Counted from the stretch's first letter, positions 37,685 to 46,272 are shown. The stretch is 64,000 nucleotides of DNA from an uncultured Gammaproteobacteria bacterium (GCA_963731035.1 CAVSUY010000027.1:265803-329802); one strand, 5' to 3'. Numbers and translations are program-made. The notes: generated by a model not told the origin, from the sequence alone.

Positions 37685-40111
37685 ATGTCTAGCAGCGGGG
37701 ATTGCAGCCATACATTCTGCTATCAACCCTATTCACCTATAGATTGTAGAAGGCGATTAGATTGTAGAAGGCGATCAGTTCCGATACTGACATGTCTCCT
37801 GCTGGCCTCCCTGTTGCTCGCTTGTCCGGCGCCGGCAGCCGTAAATGGCAAAGGCGATGATAACGGATCCGCCGAAACCCTGCTGCTCGACGTGACTGTT
37901 AATACCCAGCTCCTGCCCGAGATTGTACGCGTGGAAAAGCTCGCCGATGGCCGCCTGGCCCTGCCGTTGGATGCCTGGCATGCTGCCCGCCTGCGGCTGC
38001 CGGAGGGCGAGCCCTTGTCGCTGCCCGACGATCAGCGCGGCTACGCGCTGGATTCGGTACCCGGCTTGACCTACAAGCTCGACCGCAGCCGGTTGACACT
38101 GGCGATTACGGCCGCAGCGGCGGCTTTTCAAGGCAGCACCATCGACCAGAGTCGCGAAGGCACGGCGCCCCCTAATCTATCGCCTCTCGGTTTCTATCTC
38201 AATTATGATGCCAGCATTACCAGCGTTACCAGCGGCGACTTTGGCTACGACAGCTACGGTGCCTTGGTCGAAGGGGTGGCCTTTAACAGCTGGGGGTCCG
38301 CCGTCGCCGGCGTAATACTGCGCGGCGACCGGGATGGCGATGAGGCCGTACGTGGAGAGACCTTCTTGCGCAAGGATCTCCCCGGTCCAATGGAAACGCT
38401 GGTACTGGGTGACACCATCGGCAGTGGTGGTGCCTGGAGCCGGCCGGCACGCTATGCCGGTATCCGCTGGGCCCGCGATTTTTCCCTGCGGCCCGGGTTT
38501 ATTACCATGCCGATGCCCAACATCTCTGGTTCGGCGGCTTTGCCGTCTACCATCGATATACTGGTCAATAATCAGCGGCAACTAAGTGAACGGGTTAACC
38601 CCGGCCCATTCGACCTGACCAATGTACCGGTAACGAGCGGCGCCGGTGAGATAAACCTGATAGTGCGGGATCTGCTCGGCCGCGAAACCGTCATTTCCGA
38701 AAGCTATTATGTCACGCCACGTCTGCTGGCGAAGGGCCTGACTGATTTTTCTCTGGAGATTGGGGCCTTGCGCAAGAATTTCGGCAGTGAAAGCAACGAT
38801 TATGGTGATGGCTTTGCCGCCGGCACCTGGCGCCATGGACTAACCTCGGCCCTGACCGGTGAAACGCACATCGAGCTGCAACAGATGCGCCAGGCTGCGG
38901 GGTTCGATCTGGTTGGTCTACTGGGCACACTGGGCGCGGCGGAGGTCTCAGCGGCTGTCGCCGACACCGATGGTGTCGTGGGTAACCATTATTTACTCGG
39001 CCTGGAACGCAGAACACCCACTGGTGCCGGCTCGCTCAGATGGGAATACTTTGATCGCTATTTCATTCAGTTTGGCTCATTGTCCGGCGAAACCAGACCA
39101 CGGGAGCGGTACAGTGCAAACCTCGGCGTGTCGCTATTCGAGAAAGTGTCGGCGGGGATAAACTACACTTGGCAAGATACCTGGGAGGGTGAGCGTTTCA
39201 GCCTGGCCACGGCTAGTCTGGGCGTATCACTGCCAGGGGACATGAATCTGAACGCCTTTGCCAGCCAACGCCTGGAAGGCGGTCACGACTGGAGCGGTGG
39301 CGTCAGCCTGAGCATGCCGCTGGGTAAGCAGCGCACGGCAACCGTCAGCACCAATCGCGGCAGCGGCGGCCGCACGAGCAACACGGCAGCAGTGAGCCAG
39401 TCGATACCGCCCGGCCCGGGACTTGGCTGGCTGGTGCGTGCCGGTGACGATCCCACCCAGCGATGGCAAGGCGGTCTCACCTGGAACACCAATGTCGGCA
39501 GTGTCAGCACCGAGGTCAGCGACACCGCTAACAATCCGGCCCTGCGCCTGGGCACCAGCGGCTCGGTCGGCTTATTGGGGGGGCATCCCTTCGCCACTCG
39601 CAATATCGGTACCGGCAGCTTTGCCGTGGTCAAGGTCGGCGACCTGGAGGGTATACCTGTCTACCGCAGCAACCAGCTGGTCGCTACTACCAACGCCAGC
39701 GGCTTGGCCCTGGTACCTGACCTTCTTCCCTACCAGGAGAACCAGCTCACCATTGATCCGGTTGAGCTGCCCTTCGACATTGAGATCGGCGGCGTCAAGG
39801 AAACGGTCCTGCCCTATGCGCGAAGCGGCCTCTTCGTCGACTTTCCGGTGCGCCGTTCGCGCAACGCTCTGGTGCTGCTGCGCCGGGCCGACGGTTCGCC
39901 GATGCCTGCCGGCGCCCGCGTGACGGTGTCGCCGGGTGAGAACGAATTTCTCGTTGGTAAACGGGGTGAGGTCTATCTGATGGATCTTGTCGATAGCAAC
40001 CGCCTTTCGGTGAAGTGGAAGGGGGCCACCTGCCACCTGATCCTGCCCCTTGACCCTAAAGGACCGAGCGAACCGCGCATCGGACCAGTGACCTGTGGAG
40101 GACAACCATGA
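37685..40111 (+). CDS. outer-membrane pilus usher (CsuD-like)
   Basis: 808 aa and beta-rich, positioned after the chaperone. Its stop overlaps the next ATG (ATGA at 40108-40111). The N-terminal region contains an 18-bp tandem duplication. Confidence 0.75.
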   Translation: MSSSGDCSHTFCYQPYSPIDCRRRLDCRRRSVPILTCLLLASLLLACPAPAAVNGKGDDNGSAETLLLDVTVNTQLLPEIVRVEKLADGRLALPLDAWHAARLRLPEGEPLSLPDDQRGYALDSVPGLTYKLDRSRLTLAITAAAAAFQGSTIDQSREGTAPPNLSPLGFYLNYDASITSVTSGDFGYDSYGALVEGVAFNSWGSAVAGVILRGDRDGDEAVRGETFLRKDLPGPMETLVLGDTIGSGGAWSRPARYAGIRWARDFSLRPGFITMPMPNISGSAALPSTIDILVNNQRQLSERVNPGPFDLTNVPVTSGAGEINLIVRDLLGRETVISESYYVTPRLLAKGLTDFSLEIGALRKNFGSESNDYGDGFAAGTWRHGLTSALTGETHIELQQMRQAAGFDLVGLLGTLGAAEVSAAVADTDGVVGNHYLLGLERRTPTGAGSLRWEYFDRYFIQFGSLSGETRPRERYSANLGVSLFEKVSAGINYTWQDTWEGERFSLATASLGVSLPGDMNLNAFASQRLEGGHDWSGGVSLSMPLGKQRTATVSTNRGSGGRTSNTAAVSQSIPPGPGLGWLVRAGDDPTQRWQGGLTWNTNVGSVSTEVSDTANNPALRLGTSGSVGLLGGHPFATRNIGTGSFAVVKVGDLEGIPVYRSNQLVATTNASGLALVPDLLPYQENQLTIDPVELPFDIEIGGVKETVLPYARSGLFVDFPVRRSRNALVLLRRADGSPMPAGARVTVSPGENEFLVGKRGEVYLMDLVDSNRLSVKWKGATCHLILPLDPKGPSEPRIGPVTCGGQP

Positions 40112-40575
40112 TGAGAACATCTGTATGTATTGCCGCAGCGCTGCTGCTGTTAGCTTACCTGTCGATTGTCTCCAGTGCGACGGCGGCCAGCTGCACCGTC
40201 AGCTCCTCTGGTGTCAAATTCGGTAGTTTTAGCCCACTGACCCTCGCTTCTGTTGACAGTACCGGTAGCATCACTGTCAATTGTACTGATGTCAGCTTGT
40301 ATTCGGTCGCGCTCTCGACCGGCAATGGCACCTACAGTCAGCGCCGCATGGTATCCGGAGATAATTATCTCTCCTATAACCTGTATCGCGATGCCGCCTG
40401 CCAGCAGGTCTGGGGCGACGGCATCTCTGACAGCAGCTTCACGGTGACTCTCACAAATCCAAGCAATGGCCACAACAACGTCCACACCGTCTATGGCCGT
40501 ATTCCACTCAGTATTCAGCGCGCTGCCCATGCCGGCATCTACAGCGACACCATCACCGTCACCGTGAGCTATTAG
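40108..40575 (+). CDS. SCPU/Csu-domain subunit (distal gene)
   Basis: 155 aa with a signal peptide, a Cys pair (ASCTV ... VNCTD) and a C-terminal ITVTVSY strand. Confidence 0.8.
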   Translation: MMRTSVCIAAALLLLAYLSIVSSATAASCTVSSSGVKFGSFSPLTLASVDSTGSITVNCTDVSLYSVALSTGNGTYSQRRMVSGDNYLSYNLYRDAACQQVWGDGISDSSFTVTLTNPSNGHNNVHTVYGRIPLSIQRAAHAGIYSDTITVTVSY

Positions 40576-40661
40576 CCTGACTTTTTGAGCGTTTCATTGA
40601 GCTCGTTGAAGGGTGAAACTCGGGACAGCAGGCTGCTGGTCACGGGAGCGGCATCCTCGAT

Positions 40662-41178
40662 GTGGTAGATGCTGCCTTGCACCGAATCGCTTGGCTCACC
40701 ATCCCGCAAAATATTCTTCGTCGTCGAAAATTCGTGCTGGCTGCCCTGGTGCCAAAACCGCGCATGAATCTGACCCGTTTCCACGGCGTGTTCGAACCTT
40801 CATGCCCTCCGTTTGGGTGCAACAGTGCACTGCGGCACCACATCACTCCCGCAGGCCGGGGCAAGCGAAAGTCCATCGAGACCAAGACCCCGGCCCAGCG
40901 CCGCGCCGCGATGGTCGGCTTTTGCTCCTGCAAAGCCGCCATACATGCCATCCATGGCAATAACCTCGGCCCAGCGCCTCAAGCGGGTGCTCAAGTTCGA
41001 CATCCAGACCTGTGACCGGTGCGGCGGCGCGGTCAAGGTAATCACCTGTATCGAGGAACCCGCGCTCGTGAAACGGATCCTGGACCACCTCGAGCAACGG
41101 TCCGAGTCCGGTCGAACGATGACACGCCCGGCACGAGCGCCGCTTTACGCCGCCAAGCGGCAGGGAACAATTAGCTAA
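40662..41178 (+). pseudogene. IS91-family transposase 3' remnant, frameshifted
   Basis: One frame gives VLAALVPKPRMNLTRFHGVFEPS. A second frame gives TSAQRLKRVLKFDIQTCDRCGGAVKVITCIEEPALVKRILDHLEQ. Both are conserved C-terminal blocks of IS91-type transposases. There is no catalytic N-terminal part. Confidence 0.6.
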
Positions 41179-41375
41179 CACCAGTCAGAAAGCCCATAAC
41201 CAGGGCACTGAAGACATCCCGAGCTGCGTTTGCCAAGGGTGGCTACGTGGTGGCGCGGGTGCCTGCACTATCGTGCAGAATACTCCGGCCCCACGTGCTA
41301 CGCACCCAGTACCCGGCCGGGGCGACTGGATAACTACTTCTGTTGGAGCACGCTGCCGCCGAATGAAACACTAAA

Positions 41376-41396
41376 GGGGGTACTCAAGCTGCCCCC
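41376..41396 (-). terminator. weak intrinsic terminator candidate after the PAS-GGDEF-EAL gene
   Basis: On the minus strand, just after the TAA, the sequence reads GGGGG-cagcttgagta-CCCCC followed by tttagtgtttcatt. Confidence 0.3.
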
Positions 41397-41398
41397 AT

Positions 41399-44300
41399 TC
41401 ATTTATGCCGCTTCTCAGCCATAGCGGTCAATGTGATGGCTTTCTCGACCATGAACTTTGCTTCAAAAACTTCCAACGGGACCGCCTTGCTGAACAGGAA
41501 ACCCTGCATTTCGTTGCAGTTGAGCAACCGAAGCAGTTGCGATTGCTTCTCGGTTTCGACACCTTCCGCCACCACCTTGAGGTTCAGCGCATGCGCCAGG
41601 CTGATAATAGTGGAGACCACTGCCAGACCTTCCGGCCCCGCGGTCGTTCCCATCACGAAGGCGCGATCGATCTTCAATGTGTCCACCGGCAGTTTTGTCA
41701 GGTAGCTGAGTGAGGAAAAGCCGGTGCCGAAATCGTCTATGGCGATGGTGACACCCAAGGCGCGGATCGCCTTCAGGGTGGCGATGTTACGCTCGACGTC
41801 ATCCATGATTACACTTTCGGTGATTTCCAGCTCCAGCCCCACCGCCGCATGCGCGTCAAGAGCGATTGCCTGCTTGATTTCGGCTATGAAGTTGACATTG
41901 CGCAGTTGCAACGGCGACACGTTTACCGCGATCTTTACAGCAGGCAGGCCTGCGTTTCGCCAGCGCAGATTGTCTTCGATCGCTTTGCCCAACGCCCAAC
42001 GCCCGACTTCATAGATCAAGCCGATTTCTTCCAGGATCGGTATGAATATACCAGGCGGCACCAGGCCGGTGCGTGGATCATTCCAGCGGATCAGAGCCTC
42101 GGCGCCGACGACCTTGCCGCTCACCAGGTTCACCTTGGGCTGGTAATGCAGCACGAATTCCTCGTTGTCGATCGCCTTGCGCAACTGATTTTCCAGAGTG
42201 AGCTTGCTGGCCACCAATTCGGTCATTTTCCGTGTGTGGAACAGGTATTTTTCTCCGGTCGCCTTTGCCTTTTTGAGTGCGGCCTCGGCGTTCCTGAACA
42301 AGATGCCGGCGTCGTCACCGTCATCCGGGAATAATGCGATGCCGGCCTTGATGCTGATACGGAGCTCGGCCTTATCCATGTGGAACCGATGCTCCAGAAA
42401 AGCAGTAATCAAATTCGCGACCAGCTTTGCCAGGTTGCCGTCCGACTTTATATTCGGTAGGACGATGGCAAATTGATCTGCATCGAGACGCGCCAACAGA
42501 TTGGCGTCCCCCATTTTGTGGGTCAGCCACTCCGCTACCTGTTTCAACAGCGCATCACCGCTTTGACGGCCGAGGCTGTCGTTGATGCTCTTGAACCGAT
42601 CGAGGTCGATCAGGACTATGGCGAGTTTGTGCCCGCCGCTGGTCGCGCTGCGTATATACTGCACTACCCGCTCAAGAAACAGCATGCGGTTGGCGAGTCC
42701 GGTAAGCACGTCGTAGTAGGCGAGGTAATTGAGCCTTTCCTGCTTGTTGATGTGGTCGATCGCGTATGCGATGTCGCCGGCCAACTCGGTCAACAATTTT
42801 ATCTCAGGTCCCTGAAAGAAATTAATCTCGCTGGCGTAAAGCGCAAGTACCCCTACTGCTTCTCCCGAGATAATCAGCGGCAATATTGCCATCGAGTTTA
42901 CCCCTGCTTCGGCGTAGTGCTTGCCGAATAAAAGCCTGGGATCGTTTTGCGTATCGTATGTTACGACGATCTCTTTCTCCCTGAGTGCCTGCACAATCAT
43001 GGTCTTTTGCATACCTGCACTGGATGACAATACGTTTTTGATTTCTGCCAGAAGCTCTTCGTTCTTTCCTGCCGACGCGATCGAGGTAGACAGCATCGTA
43101 ACTGGATCAACCGTAACCAGCATGGCCATGCGGAACCCGCCTGCGTCGACCGCGATTTGGCATGTTTCCCTGAACAATTCATCGCGGTCCGTTACGCGCA
43201 CAATCAGCATGTTGATGCCGCTCAGCACGGAGAGCACCCGGTTGAGGTATTTGATACGGACTTCGGATTTTTTTCGTTCAGTGATGTCCTGGATCATACT
43301 CAGGTGGCGTGGGAGGGTTTCATAACCGAATTGCAAAGGTCTAATCGTCATGTCGATCCAGATGACTTCTCCATCGGGACGAAGATACCGTTTTTCCATC
43401 TGGAACCCGTTTATCTTGCCGGCGTTCAACAGTGCCATATTATCCTGGTCGGCCTGCACATCATCGGGGTGAGTGATTTGCGACCACTCGGTGTCTAGTA
43501 ACTCTTCCATAGACCTGCCGGCAATCTCGGCAAAGCGCATGTTGACTTCGCAGAAATGTCCACTGAGCGAATCGATCACGGCAATGCCCAACGGCGCCTG
43601 CTCAAACATGGTTCTGATACGTTCCTCGCTGGCTTGCAGCGTTTGTTCCGCCAGCTTGCGATCAGTAACATCCTGGTTGACGCCAATCAGTCGAACTGTG
43701 TTGCCCTGCAAATCCTTCTCGACGCTGAGACGCACTTCTACCCAGATAATTTCTCCTTGCCCGCTTAATATGCGAGTCTCGGTCACAGCTAAATAATCCG
43801 GATCACGGGTTTCGAAGGCCAATCGAACCTGTTGGCCAACCATGGGGCCGTCTTCAGGATGGACGTAGCGACCGATAAAATCCGCCGCGGACATACGGTA
43901 GCCGCCCGCATCCTCGGCAGTAATCCCGTGCAGCGAATAATATTGGTCATTGAATATGAATTCATCCGTAGCAAATTCATACTCCCAGTAACCTATTTTG
44001 GCGATTGTCAGCGCTTCAGAAAGTCGCTGTTCATATTTTTGTAGTGCAAGTTCAGTCGTCACGCGCTCGGTGATGTCGCGGATGTTGCACTGGATGACTT
44101 TCCGTTCGCCAACCGCATAGAGGTTGCTGACGAATTCCACGTCGATCCGCCGACCGTCCTTCGTTTCCAGCGGCAAGTCTTCGTAACGGATGTATCCGAT
44201 GGACTGCAATTCGTCGAACGCTTCCTTGCTGGCTTCAATGTCCTTGAACAGGCCGATTTCCCACAGCATCTTGCCCATGCACTCGTCGAGACGGTAGGAC

Positions 44301-45289
44301 AGCAGTTTGAGGATGAAGGGATTGGCATTCAGGATTTTCCCGGTTTCTGCATCCAGGATCAGGATGCCGTCCTTGGCCGTCTCGAACAGCCGCCGGTATC
44401 GGATTTCGGATGCTTGCAGCAGCCGCTTCACCTGCATGCGTTCGGTAATGTCACGGATGTTGCACTGAATCACTTGCCGCGCGCCAACCGCATAGAGGTT
44501 GCTGACAAACTCCACGTCAATCTGCCGGCCGTCTTTTGTCTGCAGCGGCATATCTTCGTATCGGACATGCCCCTTGGACTGCAATTTCCGAAACGCCGCC
44601 TTGCTGGCTTTGACATCCTTGAACAGGCCGATTTCCCACAGCATCTTGCCGGTGCATTCGCCGAGACCATAGGACAACAGGTCGAGAATGAAGGGGTTGG
44701 CGTCCACGATCTTCCCGGTTTCTGCGTCCAGGATCAGGATGCCGTCCGTGGCCGCCTCGAACAGCTGCCGGTAGCGCTGTTCGGTTTCTCGCAGTGTCTC
44801 GCTTAGCTGATTGCTTTCGTTGATATTTTCGAGGGTGTGTACCGAGTAGAGATAGTTGCCCCGCCCATCCTTGACCGAGTAAGCGCGCGAGCGGTAGCTT
44901 GTGTCGCCGGCCAATACTTCATCTTCCTCTTCTTCCGTTTTTTCCAGCTCTTGCAGGCAATTGTGCAGCGGTGCATGGATTTTGGGGAAAACTTCGTAGT
45001 ATGGCCGGCCGATGATCTTCTTGAAGGGAATGCCGGCGCTTCGCTGATAAGCCTGATTGCAACGCAAAACACGAAAATCCTTGTCGTGCACGAAGATCGG
45101 GTCGTCCGCCGCATCCAGCACAGAAATCCAGTTCTGGTGCGCCTGTTCGATTTGCTTGCGGGTATTCTCGGCTTCCTGGACGGCGGACTGGTGTTCGGTC
45201 TCCTGGCGAAGGTGACGCGCTTCAGCTTCGGCCAGCGCGCGTTGCGCAGCCGCCAGTTCGTGCTGCACCCTTTCCAGCGCGTCCCTCAT
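41399..45289 (-). CDS. multi-PAS/GAF sensor with a degenerate GGDEF domain (DADQF) and an intact EAL domain; predicted c-di-GMP phosphodiesterase
   Basis: ATG at 45287-45289 sits behind aagagg. The protein has a coiled-coil N-terminus, several PAS units and a GAF domain. The GGDEF-domain site reads ARLDADQFAIVL instead of GGDEF. The EAL blocks EALIRW, DDFGTGFSSLSYL, KIDRAFV, EGVETE and QGFLFSKA are intact. Confidence 0.9.
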   Translation of the reverse strand: MRDALERVQHELAAAQRALAEAEARHLRQETEHQSAVQEAENTRKQIEQAHQNWISVLDAADDPIFVHDKDFRVLRCNQAYQRSAGIPFKKIIGRPYYEVFPKIHAPLHNCLQELEKTEEEEDEVLAGDTSYRSRAYSVKDGRGNYLYSVHTLENINESNQLSETLRETEQRYRQLFEAATDGILILDAETGKIVDANPFILDLLSYGLGECTGKMLWEIGLFKDVKASKAAFRKLQSKGHVRYEDMPLQTKDGRQIDVEFVSNLYAVGARQVIQCNIRDITERMQVKRLLQASEIRYRRLFETAKDGILILDAETGKILNANPFILKLLSYRLDECMGKMLWEIGLFKDIEASKEAFDELQSIGYIRYEDLPLETKDGRRIDVEFVSNLYAVGERKVIQCNIRDITERVTTELALQKYEQRLSEALTIAKIGYWEYEFATDEFIFNDQYYSLHGITAEDAGGYRMSAADFIGRYVHPEDGPMVGQQVRLAFETRDPDYLAVTETRILSGQGEIIWVEVRLSVEKDLQGNTVRLIGVNQDVTDRKLAEQTLQASEERIRTMFEQAPLGIAVIDSLSGHFCEVNMRFAEIAGRSMEELLDTEWSQITHPDDVQADQDNMALLNAGKINGFQMEKRYLRPDGEVIWIDMTIRPLQFGYETLPRHLSMIQDITERKKSEVRIKYLNRVLSVLSGINMLIVRVTDRDELFRETCQIAVDAGGFRMAMLVTVDPVTMLSTSIASAGKNEELLAEIKNVLSSSAGMQKTMIVQALREKEIVVTYDTQNDPRLLFGKHYAEAGVNSMAILPLIISGEAVGVLALYASEINFFQGPEIKLLTELAGDIAYAIDHINKQERLNYLAYYDVLTGLANRMLFLERVVQYIRSATSGGHKLAIVLIDLDRFKSINDSLGRQSGDALLKQVAEWLTHKMGDANLLARLDADQFAIVLPNIKSDGNLAKLVANLITAFLEHRFHMDKAELRISIKAGIALFPDDGDDAGILFRNAEAALKKAKATGEKYLFHTRKMTELVASKLTLENQLRKAIDNEEFVLHYQPKVNLVSGKVVGAEALIRWNDPRTGLVPPGIFIPILEEIGLIYEVGRWALGKAIEDNLRWRNAGLPAVKIAVNVSPLQLRNVNFIAEIKQAIALDAHAAVGLELEITESVIMDDVERNIATLKAIRALGVTIAIDDFGTGFSSLSYLTKLPVDTLKIDRAFVMGTTAGPEGLAVVSTIISLAHALNLKVVAEGVETEKQSQLLRLLNCNEMQGFLFSKAVPLEVFEAKFMVEKAITLTAMAEKRHK

Positions 45290-45691
45290 CGGTTCAACCT
45301 CTTTGCCATGCCAAAATTGGCTGATCGCTTGGAGATTCAAGATCAACCCAATTCAGGATGCGTTACGGCGAACACATAAGCTTGAGTATAGTAATATATA
45401 TTGCCATACGGGAGATATGCAAAATTGAATATGCAATTTGGGCAATAGCCGCAATTTCATAAAACAGTACGGAATTGCCTCGTTAGGCACGACTCGGAAG
45501 TAACGGTAGTCGTTTCTTGTTTCCGCTTCTAGCTGAATAGCGACCGTTCACGAGTCGCAGTAGACAGGCAGAAATGGCCGGGTGGCCGACACTGGTTTGG
45601 GTAGCTTTGAATAATACAGAGTCAGATAAGCAATGACCTGATGGCATAAGCCAATCAGGTCATTACATCAAATGGTTATTTAAACGATCAT

Positions 45692-45912
45692 CCCCGTCAC
45701 CGTCATCCGGGAATAATGCGATGCCGACCTTGATGCTGATGCGGAGCTCGGCCCTATTCATGTGGAACCGATGCTCCAGAAAAGCAGTAATCAAACTCTC
45801 GACCAACTACGCCAGGGTGCCGTCCGATTTTACATTCGGCAGCACGATGGCAAAATGGTCTGCATCGAGACGCGCCAACAGATTGGCGTTCCCCATTTTG
45901 TGCGTCAGCCAT
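45692..45912 (-). pseudogene. about 220-bp remnant of a paralogous GGDEF-domain gene
   Basis: It aligns by eye to 42311..42531 of the large gene at roughly 85-90% identity. It has an in-frame TAG (cta at 45807-45809) where the intact gene encodes Lys, and it is truncated at both ends. Confidence 0.7.
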
Positions 45913-46002
45913 CAGTCGCCGGCACCACTCCGTGGCCGGCCTTCGCCAGCCGATCGGCGACCCCAGTGAGCTCCGGGTGAAGGGCACAGGTCACGCGCAG
46001 GC

Positions 46003-46115
46003 CGCTCCATGCTCTGGCAGCCGGGTATACATTGCTTCAGGACGTCGACGCTTACCAGGCTGTCCCATACGGTCTTTGCATCGGCCTGGATAAGGCGTGA
46101 GTTCTCCAGTTTCAT
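46003..46115 (-). pseudogene. truncated coxG 5' fragment (first 38 codons only)
   Basis: ORF 45912..46115 begins MKLENSRLIQADAKTVWDSLVSVDVLKQCIPGCQSMER, identical to coxG. It then reads into unrelated sequence at the repeat boundary. Confidence 0.85.
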
Positions 46116-46272
46116 GGCTTGGCTCCGGATTGGAATGACCGTGAGATCAAGCGTATGTGTTTCAACCGCCCGTCCAGCCCCACCGTCTTTCCCCAGCCCG
46201 CGTCGCTAAGCCACAGTCCCTTCTGCCAGCCCCTTTCATCCGCGGAGCATGCCGTTTATCCTGCCTATCCGT
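46003..46272. repeat. direct repeat copy B (270 bp, identical to 34853..35122)
   Basis: See copy A. This copy is followed by gttcgccgac, so the junction reads GTTC at 46271..46274. Confidence 0.95.

Noticed and set aside
40572-40784. 70-aa minus-strand ORF after the last pilus gene
   Set aside because: It overlaps the degraded IS91 transposase remnant on the other strand. It has no Shine-Dalgarno or motif and is likely fortuitous.
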